Part shown: piece after piece, positions 20,091 through 29,377 of the stretch
Numbering within the stretch: position 1 is the first letter of the stretch
How the letters are laid out: each line of letters starts with the position of its first letter
IMG/VR virus record: IMGVR_UViG_3300011989_000257
Location: 224,001 to 288,000 of that record
Direction: 5' to 3' (one strand)
Source: a virus
Lineage: Duplodnaviria > Caudoviricetes
Length of the DNA stretch: 64,000 bases
Position numbers and translations under genes: made by a program
Notes under the pieces: generated by a model
Told to the model about the DNA's origin: nothing
Databases searched by the model: none
What the model saw: the letters and a program-made list of their open reading frames with translations, nothing else

Positions 20091-20474
20091 TTATATTAAT
20101 GTTGTTATTTCTTCGTATTCTCTTTTATATATGAAGTTTTGCCATTCCCCCAACATACTAATCCAATAGTCATATCTATCGTATATACTTGATTCTTTAC
20201 ATGTACCATCATGTCCTTTAATGGTTTTTGGATATTTAGTTTTCGCAAAAGAGAAAAACCCCCCGAAAAGTCCAACAAGCCCCTCATTATTCCAAGCAAA
20301 TTGATTGAATATGTCATTATAGTATTGTCTTCCACGATTATGATTGCTCTTGCTAACCACCTTAGTGTTAAAGTGTTTAGTGTTGGCAACGAAATCCTCG
20401 TATATTCCCCTTCTTTTAAGGAAATATGTTAGGATTCTCCTATATTTTTCTCCATATTCTGACAAACTATCCAT
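20091..20474 (-). CDS. Hypothetical protein (family A-like)
   Basis: YFLKRRGIYEDF. Confidence 0.6.
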   Translation of the reverse strand: MDSLSEYGEKYRRILTYFLKRRGIYEDFVANTKHFNTKVVSKSNHNRGRQYYNDIFNQFAWNNEGLVGLFGGFFSFAKTKYPKTIKGHDGTCKESSIYDRYDYWISMLGEWQNFIYKREYEEITTLI

Positions 20475-20555
20475 TTCATTACAGTATTTTTCTATGCAAA
20501 TATATGAAAAAAAAATGAGACTACCAAAAAAGTAATCCCATATTTAATTTTATTT

Positions 20556-20693
20556 AACTAATCTAGTACAATGCACTTTTTTCCACGATGTATAAAATAT
20601 ATTGTTATAATTATTACTATTAATAAACTAATCTAGTACAATTTGATTATCTTCAAAGCAATTATTATTATTAACAAACTAATTCAGTACAAT
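20556..20693 (+). repeat. Three copies of a 17-bp repeat AACTAATYYAGTACAAT
   Basis: Copies at 20556, 20626, 20677. Confidence 0.85.
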
Positions 20694-20694
20694 T

Positions 20695-22203
20695 CGTGTT
20701 AGATGCGCATGCCACACAACAATTGCAGTTGTATGACATTTTTATTCGTAAGTGAACTGGAGTAAATGACTTCCGTGCATTCTTCTTAAGAATTTAACAT
20801 CAGCACTTCTTACAGTAAAAGGTGTCATCTTACCTTTACCGTTTGGTTTTCTCGTAACAAAATTACCATTAATATCCTTCAGATACAACCTACCATTTGA
20901 ACTTCCACCAACAAAACACTCTATTCCATTCCACAAAACCAAATCACCTTTCTGTAACCTACTTTTACCTATCATATGACTAGTAGTCATGGCCTGACGC
21001 ATACCTCCTTTTTTTGGAACTTGTTTATGTAGAGACCTAGTGTGTCTTCTGTTAAGTTTGTATTGATAATATCCACCAAGTCTCTCGGCAGATGTGTTAT
21101 CAGCTATAACGAATGCATCACTAGTATGTGACTTCTCAATTCCATTTCTTAAACGATTAGCCTTAGTCATATAGCCGTATGTGGTTTTGACATCGCCATA
21201 TGTTTCTTTTGTTTTTTTGAAAAGTATATTACCAATTATTGATACTGAAGTCTGGTTTTTGAGACTAGGGAGTTTTTTAGCATTAAGTTCAAATTCCCCT
21301 TTGTGCAGCCTTTTGTGACATTCTTCACACAATGTGATAAGATTTTCTACAGTATCAGTACCCCCTTGTGAACGATATTTGATATGATGTACATTTAACG
21401 TTTCACATCCACTTTTACCATGACAATGCTGGCACTCATGTCTGTCCCTAGTCAGAACATATTCTCTAGCATTCTCAAAACCAAATAATTCTCCTTGTTG
21501 ATATTCCTCACCTTGAATTTCTGGATTCTTTATTTTTTGAGTGTCAAATGGTGCAACCTCAAGAATAATACTAGAAATAGGAAGAATGTTATAAACACGT
21601 TGGATTGCTTTCTCGTGTTCATTTAACCTATTTCTTGAGGTTGGTGTCAACCACCCATCTTGTCTTTTTCTGTTATCGAAACGTGGCTTTCTATATCTAG
21701 TCTTTCTGCTACGTCTAGTTCTTCTAGATTCGAGTCTAGAAAGCATAAGTTCTGGAATCTCTTTGCTACGAAGTTCTACTTGTGCGGCATAAAGCTCCTT
21801 AGAAGATGTCGAAGCAGATAAACCTATATATTTAGAACCAGTATCAACCCCAAGTTTTATTTCTTGTAGATTTTCCTCAGAAGTGTAATCGAGCTGGATT
21901 GTGAAAGGGATGGTAGAAACAACATGTGCTTTACCTTCCTTTAAAAGCCTCCTAACTTTTCCATGACGAGTTGTTGGCATTATAGGTTTGCCATCTTTGT
22001 TTAACACATAAACCATCTTTTTATCTTATTAAAAATGCTGTAAGCCACCAACTTAATGGTGTTGTGTACCCATCGCTAATGTTGGTTGGAGGTTTTTACT
22101 AGAAAGACATTCTCGCTAGCCGCAGGGTTTGGAGCTTGGGTAACAACTCCAAAGTGCCTATATATTCTCCCTCAACGTAGTCCTCGAAGGACTTAAGCTA
22201 ATC
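20695..22203 (-). mobile_element. Non-autonomous IS200/IS605-type IscB (OMEGA) element
   Basis: omegaRNA + iscB + subterminal hairpin at 20709-20739; ends inferred from the reconstructed empty site. Confidence 0.75.
20742..22016 (-). CDS. iscB: IscB RNA-guided endonuclease
   Basis: PLMP-like N-terminus (GKPIMPT), RuvC-I GVDTG, Arg-rich bridge helix, RuvC-II ILE, HNH (VHHI...ENL..LC..CH), RuvC-III HTSDA. Confidence 0.95.
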   Translation of the reverse strand: MVYVLNKDGKPIMPTTRHGKVRRLLKEGKAHVVSTIPFTIQLDYTSEENLQEIKLGVDTGSKYIGLSASTSSKELYAAQVELRSKEIPELMLSRLESRRTRRSRKTRYRKPRFDNRKRQDGWLTPTSRNRLNEHEKAIQRVYNILPISSIILEVAPFDTQKIKNPEIQGEEYQQGELFGFENAREYVLTRDRHECQHCHGKSGCETLNVHHIKYRSQGGTDTVENLITLCEECHKRLHKGEFELNAKKLPSLKNQTSVSIIGNILFKKTKETYGDVKTTYGYMTKANRLRNGIEKSHTSDAFVIADNTSAERLGGYYQYKLNRRHTRSLHKQVPKKGGMRQAMTTSHMIGKSRLQKGDLVLWNGIECFVGGSSNGRLYLKDINGNFVTRKPNGKGKMTPFTVRSADVKFLRRMHGSHLLQFTYE

Positions 22204-22220
22204 GTACTAAATTAGTCTAG
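22040..22220 (-). ncRNA. omegaRNA (HEARO-like) with about 16-17 nt 5' guide (22204-22220)
   Basis: GATTAGCTTAAGT...ACTACGTT...ATAGGCAC...CCCAAG...AAAAACCT...AACATTAGCGATGGG hallmarks directly upstream of iscB, right after the promoter at 22221. Confidence 0.85.
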
Positions 22221-22334
22221 TGCAAAGATACCAAAAAAACATGAGATAAACAAATATTTCATGCTAAAAAAGATTAATATAGTGCAATTAACATTAGATT
22301 TAAGGTATAGTATATAAACTAATATTAGTACAAT
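22208..22334 (+). repeat. Three more degenerate copies of the 17-bp repeat
   Basis: AATTAGTCTAGTGCAA (~22210), GATTAATATAGTGCAAT (~22272), AACTAATATTAGTACAAT (~22317). Confidence 0.65.
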
Positions 22335-22353
22335 ACCATTATTAACGCTACAT

Positions 22354-23118
22354 TCATGTATTAACGCTACACTCATAGATTGTGACCAATTGATTAGGGT
22401 CTAAGTTTTTTATGAATCTGTCATAAAACGTTGCAATCCAATGTTGTTCCCCTTCCTTATCACTATCTATATCTGTCCAACCGTTCTCATCAACAAAGGC
22501 ATAGTTCCAATAAGATGTACTATATGCAACATAATTCTTTTTATTCTTGAATTTAGAGAAATATACTGTTTTATCTTTCATTGATTCGTATATTTTCTCT
22601 TCTTCATCATTGGTTGGTTCTCTGCCATCCATTACCATTTCCCAAGCAGCCTCGTATAGTCTCGGTGGCTCATTCATGGAATCCCAATCAATGTCACTTG
22701 CCTTTGCTGAATATGACTCACTACCATCTTTTAACTTTAATGGTAAAGAAAAATTTCTTCCCACCCTAGCAGTTTTCCAATGACCTTCAGTGTTTTCAGT
22801 TGATAATGCATTACCATTCTCATCATAATACATGCCATCTGTTAATTCTCTATAGTAGTCAAAAGGTGTTAACTTCTTAAGAATATTTATCCTCTCTGAT
22901 AAACTATTCTTAATAGAGCCATCTATACCGATAGTATCGGCATTAGATAGTATGTTATTCAATGCCTTTATTGCATTATCCAAGTATTTATCAGCTTTAA
23001 GGTATTCATATTTGACATAAGGTTCAATTTCTAAATCCATTGAATACTTTGCCATTATTTCTTTATGGTTTTCTCCAATTACCATGACGGAGAAAAACTT
23101 ACTCGCAGTATTAGCCAT
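22354..23118 (-). CDS. Hypothetical protein
   Basis: 254 aa ORF. Confidence 0.75.
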   Translation of the reverse strand: MANTASKFFSVMVIGENHKEIMAKYSMDLEIEPYVKYEYLKADKYLDNAIKALNNILSNADTIGIDGSIKNSLSERINILKKLTPFDYYRELTDGMYYDENGNALSTENTEGHWKTARVGRNFSLPLKLKDGSESYSAKASDIDWDSMNEPPRLYEAAWEMVMDGREPTNDEEEKIYESMKDKTVYFSKFKNKKNYVAYSTSYWNYAFVDENGWTDIDSDKEGEQHWIATFYDRFIKNLDPNQLVTIYECSVNT

Positions 23119-24379
23119 TATTTGTAACGTTAATTGTATAAGTTAGGTCTTCGATGTTAGCATTAAAGCCTTGCCGTATTTGTTCCATTTGCGCTTCGTT
23201 TAATTGAAAATATCCATGATTAGGAACTTCTGCAATTCCAATATGCGGCTCATCTGCAATTCCTCCATCATCTGCCATTGGTCTATCCATATCAATGTAG
23301 TCACGTTGTTTCCTTGGTGCAGTTTCTTCGCATATTATATTGTCAAATGTGTGACCGTTATTTTCCAATGTCTTGGAGGTATCAATTCCAAAGAATGCCT
23401 CCAATTGAGAGTTTACTTGCATCATTCCATAAGATTGTAATGAGGAGAATACCATGTCATTTATTTTATCAGTGTGCGACATTTTAAACCTTCCATAAAA
23501 CCAAATGTAAGGTTTTGATTCCTCATCTATTAGTCTTTCATATATCTTATCCATTACTTTTCTCTCATTTGAAAAGTTGGATGCAGTTTTTTCATTGTTG
23601 GAAAACCATTTACTTTTTTTAAAAGCATTTGTTCCAGGATATGCAAAACTTGGACATGTGCTAGTTATTACGCAATTAATTTTATATTTACTGAGTATAT
23701 CATTCAGTTCATCTTCTTTATATTGTGGTGCTTCATTCTCCCAATACAACTTTTTGCCATATAACTCTTCTTGAGCAAGTTTCCACTCTTTATCCATTGA
23801 TACACTTCCACCAATACATAGACAATTAAATGTTTTAAGAGAAACTACTGAATAATCTGGTATAGTTTTGATGTGTTCATAGTCAATTTTCTTGTCATTG
23901 AATATTGAAGGATTATCATTATTGCCTCTTAAAAAGAGTATGAAACAATTATTGTCCGAAAGACTTTTTTCTAACTTGGTGAATGTTTCTTCGTAGTATT
24001 TTTTACTTTTAGTACCAATACCACAATTACCACTAACTATTACCACACTGTTATCAAAACTTGAATCTAATTTTTTAGATTTACCGTGCGGAGAAGATTT
24101 AGAGAAAAACGTTTCAAATATTTCATCATTAGGGTTTCTTCTCCTTGCTTGACGTGGACCGTGAATAGGATGTGGCATACCAAATCCACCCAAACCACCT
24201 TCAATAGGTTTTTCGCTACGTTTTTTCAATCTTTCTTGTCTTTCTATCTCTTTTGGGTGCTCTTCTTTTGTGAATTTAGAAATGTTAGATGTTATGCTAT
24301 TAATGAATCTATCCATATTTCTATCTATGTTACCAAACACATAACATTTTTCGATTTTTTTAAAATTATAAACATTCAT
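23111..24379 (-). CDS. Calcineurin-like metallophosphoesterase homolog with degenerate metal ligands
   Basis: Motif spacing kept (VFGNIDR, SGNCGIG, RGNNDNP, IGGSVSMD, ITSTCP, WFYGRFK) but the His/Asp ligands are replaced. Confidence 0.7.
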   Translation of the reverse strand: MNVYNFKKIEKCYVFGNIDRNMDRFINSITSNISKFTKEEHPKEIERQERLKKRSEKPIEGGLGGFGMPHPIHGPRQARRRNPNDEIFETFFSKSSPHGKSKKLDSSFDNSVVIVSGNCGIGTKSKKYYEETFTKLEKSLSDNNCFILFLRGNNDNPSIFNDKKIDYEHIKTIPDYSVVSLKTFNCLCIGGSVSMDKEWKLAQEELYGKKLYWENEAPQYKEDELNDILSKYKINCVITSTCPSFAYPGTNAFKKSKWFSNNEKTASNFSNERKVMDKIYERLIDEESKPYIWFYGRFKMSHTDKINDMVFSSLQSYGMMQVNSQLEAFFGIDTSKTLENNGHTFDNIICEETAPRKQRDYIDMDRPMADDGGIADEPHIGIAEVPNHGYFQLNEAQMEQIRQGFNANIEDLTYTINVTNNG

Positions 24380-24520
24380 GATTTTGTTAGGTTTTAAAAA
24401 TTCAACATATGGTTTACATAAGCAAAGATATGTATATTTTTGTTAATTTCCAAATTTTTTAGTTAAAAAAAAGTGATATGCAAACAAATACATATCACTT
24501 TTTTCCTTTAGAGAGGGTAA

Positions 24521-26581
24521 TTATTCAGCCATAGCATACTCAAGTTCTGACTTACTGTTAGCAGTTACATTTTTGTCATCAGTTTCTTCAAACTTGTAAC
24601 TACCGAATATGCTTTCATCAGGTTTAATATAATCACTGAGATTGATTCCACAAGATTTAGCGAGTTTTTTATCTTCCTCCCTTACCTTTACGTCTGGTCT
24701 CTTACCAATAATCTTCAATGCTTCAAGGTTCTTGCTACGAATACAATCACCAAGTGCAGCGCATTCAAAATCGTTTACAACGTTGATGTCAACGTTCTTT
24801 TTTGATGCAAGAGCCTCAACAACCCAAAGCATTTTTGGGAATTCGCAAGCAATGTTGATTGCTGTGTCGGAATTAAGGTCTTTTACATTGAAATCATATG
24901 TATCAGACTTCAAGATGGCATTAATCATCTTTTTTAATGAGTTTTCCTCTTCCTTAGAAGCTGAAATTTCATCAGAGCTATACAAGTAGATAAGTGACTC
25001 AAGAAGTGTCTCACCAAAGCCATCTTCTATAGATGAATCAAATTTGGGATGTCCAACGATTTTCTCGAACAAAGTATACATCTTCTGATTTACAGCAGAA
25101 ATGATAGGCACTCTATTGTTAAACTCATAGTTGACATTAAAGTCTTTGCCCTCTTTTTCAATCAGTTTGATTGCACCAATTTCATCGTTTTCATCGATGT
25201 ATTTGTGAAGTAATATTTGTGGGTCAATTGCTTCACGGTTCATGTAGTCATCCCTAGTAATACCTATTTTCGACAAATAGCCAACACTAGTTACGTCAGT
25301 GTTAAATGGGTCGTACATCTTCTTTAATGACAGACTTCCATATGTATCTTTTTGGTAATGCATTGCAATAAGTGCTCTGTCATCGTTATATTTCAAATTG
25401 GTATCAATAAGAACATAAACTTTGTTATTAGAGTCAGCAATGAAGTTACCCAAATTAATAAGGGTGTGACCAATAAGAGATTTTATTGCTTGGTTGTTAA
25501 GGATGTTGACAATTAAGCGCCCATCCTTTTCATACGCAATAGCAAAATCGCTTGTTCTTTTCTTAATGAAATCCAAAATAGATTCCATTTCCCACTTATA
25601 ATTCTTCAAAACACCTAAACGTAAAAACAGAGACATGCTGCACCCTGCTTTTTGAAGCGCTTGGTTAATATTCATGGTCTCGTTTCCTTGGGTATAACTG
25701 CCAACCATTCCACAGTTATTACAAGTCTGGGCGCAATAGAACCCCCTACCATTCTCCATAGTGAAACCAATATGTGCAAATGCATCACTTTCTTTACGAT
25801 TGAAATCAAACAAGAAATATTGGTCACGATTTGGATAATCAGTCACATACTGACGGAAATAACTTTCTTCACGTGTGATACACCACTTAGTTCTTCCATT
25901 ACCACACAGAAGTTTACTTGATTTAAATGAAGGAACGTGAACAATCACAAAGTTACCATTATTAAGTACCACCTCACAGTCAGTAGTCACGTTAGCTACA
26001 TAAGCCAATAGGTCTTCTTTATTCCAATCATATGTGGTTTCAAGACAAGTGATAATTGCGTTTTGCAAATCAGCAATGTTCTTTAAACGAGAACAGTTGC
26101 TATAGAACTTATTCTTACGGTCAAATGGAAGACGATTGAACTTTTTGAAAATGTCAGCCCATTTCTTAACTGTCGCATTACTATAGCCTTCGATGGCAGT
26201 AAACTCTTTAGTGAGAATGCTACTAGTAAGCAGTTTTCGCTGGTCAGTGTTAAAATGGTTAATAGTGTTTTTGATAATTGCGAGATTATCAAGACCTTCC
26301 ATTTCTTTGAATAACTGAGTAATTGCTGATTGTGAGGAATAAGATACAATGTTCTGTTTCTCAAGTGATTTCACCAATGTTTGGTTGTTGGTAGCCCATT
26401 CATGAATTCTTTCTAACTGTTCAATCTTAATTGATTTTGAAAAAATCATTTTGACTGCCCAAATCTGATAGTTTGGCTGTCCGTCAAACATTTCAATTAC
26501 TCTAGCGAACAGTTTGTTAGTCTCAGGATTGATAGCATACTTATCAATCAAAGGCTGCATTTGTTTCTTGTTGTAAGTCAT
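24521..26581 (-). CDS. Large protein with T.WCI domain and C-terminal ankyrin-like repeats
   Basis: RTKWCIT..QYFLFDF; DGFGETLL, DLNSDTAINIAC ankyrin-like repeats; paralog of 26880. Confidence 0.65.
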   Translation of the reverse strand: MTYNKKQMQPLIDKYAINPETNKLFARVIEMFDGQPNYQIWAVKMIFSKSIKIEQLERIHEWATNNQTLVKSLEKQNIVSYSSQSAITQLFKEMEGLDNLAIIKNTINHFNTDQRKLLTSSILTKEFTAIEGYSNATVKKWADIFKKFNRLPFDRKNKFYSNCSRLKNIADLQNAIITCLETTYDWNKEDLLAYVANVTTDCEVVLNNGNFVIVHVPSFKSSKLLCGNGRTKWCITREESYFRQYVTDYPNRDQYFLFDFNRKESDAFAHIGFTMENGRGFYCAQTCNNCGMVGSYTQGNETMNINQALQKAGCSMSLFLRLGVLKNYKWEMESILDFIKKRTSDFAIAYEKDGRLIVNILNNQAIKSLIGHTLINLGNFIADSNNKVYVLIDTNLKYNDDRALIAMHYQKDTYGSLSLKKMYDPFNTDVTSVGYLSKIGITRDDYMNREAIDPQILLHKYIDENDEIGAIKLIEKEGKDFNVNYEFNNRVPIISAVNQKMYTLFEKIVGHPKFDSSIEDGFGETLLESLIYLYSSDEISASKEEENSLKKMINAILKSDTYDFNVKDLNSDTAINIACEFPKMLWVVEALASKKNVDINVVNDFECAALGDCIRSKNLEALKIIGKRPDVKVREEDKKLAKSCGINLSDYIKPDESIFGSYKFEETDDKNVTANSKSELEYAMAE

Positions 26582-26681
26582 GTTTTATTTCTATTAATAA
26601 TATGTTTGTTTCAAAATATGTTTATCGATGCAAAGTTATATTTATTTTCTTTGAAAACCAAATTTTTAATGTTAATTAGTC

Positions 26682-26879
26682 TTAAAATAATGAAAAATAT
26701 AATGTCCATAAAACTGTGATACATATCATCAAAAAAATGTCAGCATATGCACCAGCTTGTGTTTCTTCTTCATGATAAGCAATAAACCTTACCGCTTTAC
26801 TAAATTTATAATTAACTGAAAAAACAGTAAAGCCTATTGCTAAAAAAAGTAAAACTGCTTTTATCATTGCATAAAACAT
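26682..26879 (-). CDS. Small two-TM membrane protein
   Basis: Two hydrophobic segments. Confidence 0.55.
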   Translation of the reverse strand: MFYAMIKAVLLFLAIGFTVFSVNYKFSKAVRFIAYHEEETQAGAYADIFLMICITVLWTLYFSLF

Positions 26880-29363
26880 TTAAAACAGTGAGTCAGCTAT
26901 AACATATTCAAAGTCCGAAGCAAGGGAGGCTCTTGTTGGTTTTTTCTTACCAGTTAAAGCCAAATATTTTTCATAATTTTTGCAGTTATCGTCATAAGCT
27001 TCTTTGACTTTGTGATATTCATTGGCTTTTAGTTTGATGAAATTCCGCATATCATCACTACCAAAGTACACTACATATTTGATAAGAGAATAGATACCAT
27101 CATCAAATAACGCATAATCTAATTTATCCATCATAATGGTTAACAATTGATTATATAATTGAGCTTCCTTCCCATCATTTGCAATATAGGTTATTATTCT
27201 TTTAAACATTAAATTGTAATCAGCCTTTGATAGATTTGTTTCATTATCAATTATAGTTTTAATCGCAATAAATAAGCCAATAAATTTGGTATCATCTCTC
27301 CCATAACTGTTTTCATAGAAACCTTTAATATGTTCTTCAGTGACGCATTCAAGTTTGCCAAACATAGTTGTGTACCTACCAAGGTTTCTCATGTCATAAG
27401 CCAATTGTTTTAAAATATCGCTTGTGTATTTTATCGATAAAATAGAAGTCAGATTGAAACCATTATCATAAATAAGATTAAGATAGTCGAAAGATACATA
27501 TTGCCTTATTGTTGTCATAAGTATGTCATAAAACGACTCAGCACCAATATCTCTTGTTATTATTCTCTTGATGTCATCTTTACTGCACTCTTTGATGCTA
27601 TCCTTAATCATTGGCGTATTATAAGAGAATAGACCATTTCTTAATCTTACATAAGGGTTATTAGTTCTCCTTATTGTATTATAGGGTAAACCAAATTCAA
27701 TTAGTTTAGAATCGAAGTTCTGCCTAGAATTAAGTGCTCTTTCATTATACAAGCCAACGCAATAATCTTCATCACCGCTACTTTCTTCTATGATTGCAAA
27801 TTGAAGTTTATTAATGTCATATACATTTTTGCTGAAGTCAATAAAAATAATGTGTTGATAGTTCCAATAATCAGGAGATATATTATCATGGTAAGTATCA
27901 CCAAAGAAGTAACGAATATTCTCATCCATAACTGAGAGAACTATCTTGTTGTCTCCTTTTTTAATAATGTCAACGTTTTCTGGATTCACACATTCATACA
28001 GATAGGTCATTAGACTCTTCTCATCCCATTTGTATGGAGGCATGTCATATTGTACAACAAGAGTAATATCAATACCATCTTCTGCCAACAAAGAATAAAT
28101 GTTCTTGTTGTTGGTGAACCTAGAAATAAATGAATTTAGAAGAACTTGTTCAGCTTCCTCATCACCCATTAGGTTTTCGTTTACAAAATTATGAGCAGAA
28201 GTAATACCTTTGTTGTGTGTAGTGGTAAAACCAATAATTGATAACTTATCGTCTTCTAACTTGGAAAAATCAAACACCATATATTGAGTGGTCATACCAT
28301 GATACCCTTCGATGTAGTTATTCCAATAAGTTTTGTTTTTTGATATACACCAATTGGTAGTTTTTCCAAGTTGTTTGATTGTTTCGTAATCAAGCACTTT
28401 AACTAAAACGACCTTATCATTCTCGAATATTTTTTCGTACTTGATTCCTTCCACATTAGTTAAGAAATCCATAAATGATTCTTTACTCCATGAAAAATGA
28501 ACACTAGTTACAAAGCGGAGTTGTTTGGTCAACTCACAATAGTCTGTAATTGATGAAACCTTTTTAATGAAGTTAATCCTTTTGGTCTCAGAAAGTCGTG
28601 AAAACCTCCACAATGCTTGTTTATCTGTATCTGTAAGTTTGTTATTCTTGAATAGTTTTTTCTGGGCTGTGTTAAATGAATTTATGGAGTCATTTATTCG
28701 TTTCTCTTTTCTTAATTCTCCTAATTCACCTACTAGTTTGAAAATAGAATCCCTACTTGTATATGCAGTAATCGTACCTTTTGATAAATTCTTTGAAAGT
28801 TGCTTGTACGAATCATTCCAAATAAGTATATTTCTCAACAGAGACATTGATATGCCATTGTGGTAATAAGATGTAACAGCCCACTGAAAGAAATTTTTAG
28901 AACCTTCGGAATACATGTATAGCATTTTAACCCTAATGTCATTGGTTGAAATTCCGAATTTATCCCTCAAGGTTGAAACTACTTTATTATTTTCATTCAA
29001 GAACTTTTCATAATCATGCTCAAAAGAATTCGGTAATAAAGTAATCTCTTGGAAATATCCACCCCACGCTGGAAGTTCCTCTTTTCTCATTGACATGACA
29101 CGACAAGTACAAGAACTAACATCAGTTGTTTTAAAATGCTTTTTGAAATCATTAGACATGATTACTGTGTCAAAGCTCCAATTGCCTTGACGAAGATAGT
29201 TATTAAAGATGAATAAAGTTTCGCCGAACGAACTATTTTCTGGAAATTTGACTACTTTACAAATGTCCCATGTGTTTTCCTTAAACTTAACTAAAATTGT
29301 TTTCAAAGAGGTATCAGACACCCTGTATAAGTGTCTGATACTTCTAATACTTGTACCTATCAT
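26880..29363 (-). CDS. Large hypothetical protein, paralog of 24521
   Basis: TTNWCIS..QYMVFDF..IGFT. Confidence 0.7.
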   Translation of the reverse strand: MIGTSIRSIRHLYRVSDTSLKTILVKFKENTWDICKVVKFPENSSFGETLFIFNNYLRQGNWSFDTVIMSNDFKKHFKTTDVSSCTCRVMSMRKEELPAWGGYFQEITLLPNSFEHDYEKFLNENNKVVSTLRDKFGISTNDIRVKMLYMYSEGSKNFFQWAVTSYYHNGISMSLLRNILIWNDSYKQLSKNLSKGTITAYTSRDSIFKLVGELGELRKEKRINDSINSFNTAQKKLFKNNKLTDTDKQALWRFSRLSETKRINFIKKVSSITDYCELTKQLRFVTSVHFSWSKESFMDFLTNVEGIKYEKIFENDKVVLVKVLDYETIKQLGKTTNWCISKNKTYWNNYIEGYHGMTTQYMVFDFSKLEDDKLSIIGFTTTHNKGITSAHNFVNENLMGDEEAEQVLLNSFISRFTNNKNIYSLLAEDGIDITLVVQYDMPPYKWDEKSLMTYLYECVNPENVDIIKKGDNKIVLSVMDENIRYFFGDTYHDNISPDYWNYQHIIFIDFSKNVYDINKLQFAIIEESSGDEDYCVGLYNERALNSRQNFDSKLIEFGLPYNTIRRTNNPYVRLRNGLFSYNTPMIKDSIKECSKDDIKRIITRDIGAESFYDILMTTIRQYVSFDYLNLIYDNGFNLTSILSIKYTSDILKQLAYDMRNLGRYTTMFGKLECVTEEHIKGFYENSYGRDDTKFIGLFIAIKTIIDNETNLSKADYNLMFKRIITYIANDGKEAQLYNQLLTIMMDKLDYALFDDGIYSLIKYVVYFGSDDMRNFIKLKANEYHKVKEAYDDNCKNYEKYLALTGKKKPTRASLASDFEYVIADSLF

Positions 29364-29377
29364 AATTCTCTGTTGTG

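Noticed and set aside
20556-20693. Three repeats next to iscB as a mini-CRISPR array
   Set aside because: Repeats are only 17 bp, spacing is irregular (70 and 51 bp), and they match the guide rather than the scaffold
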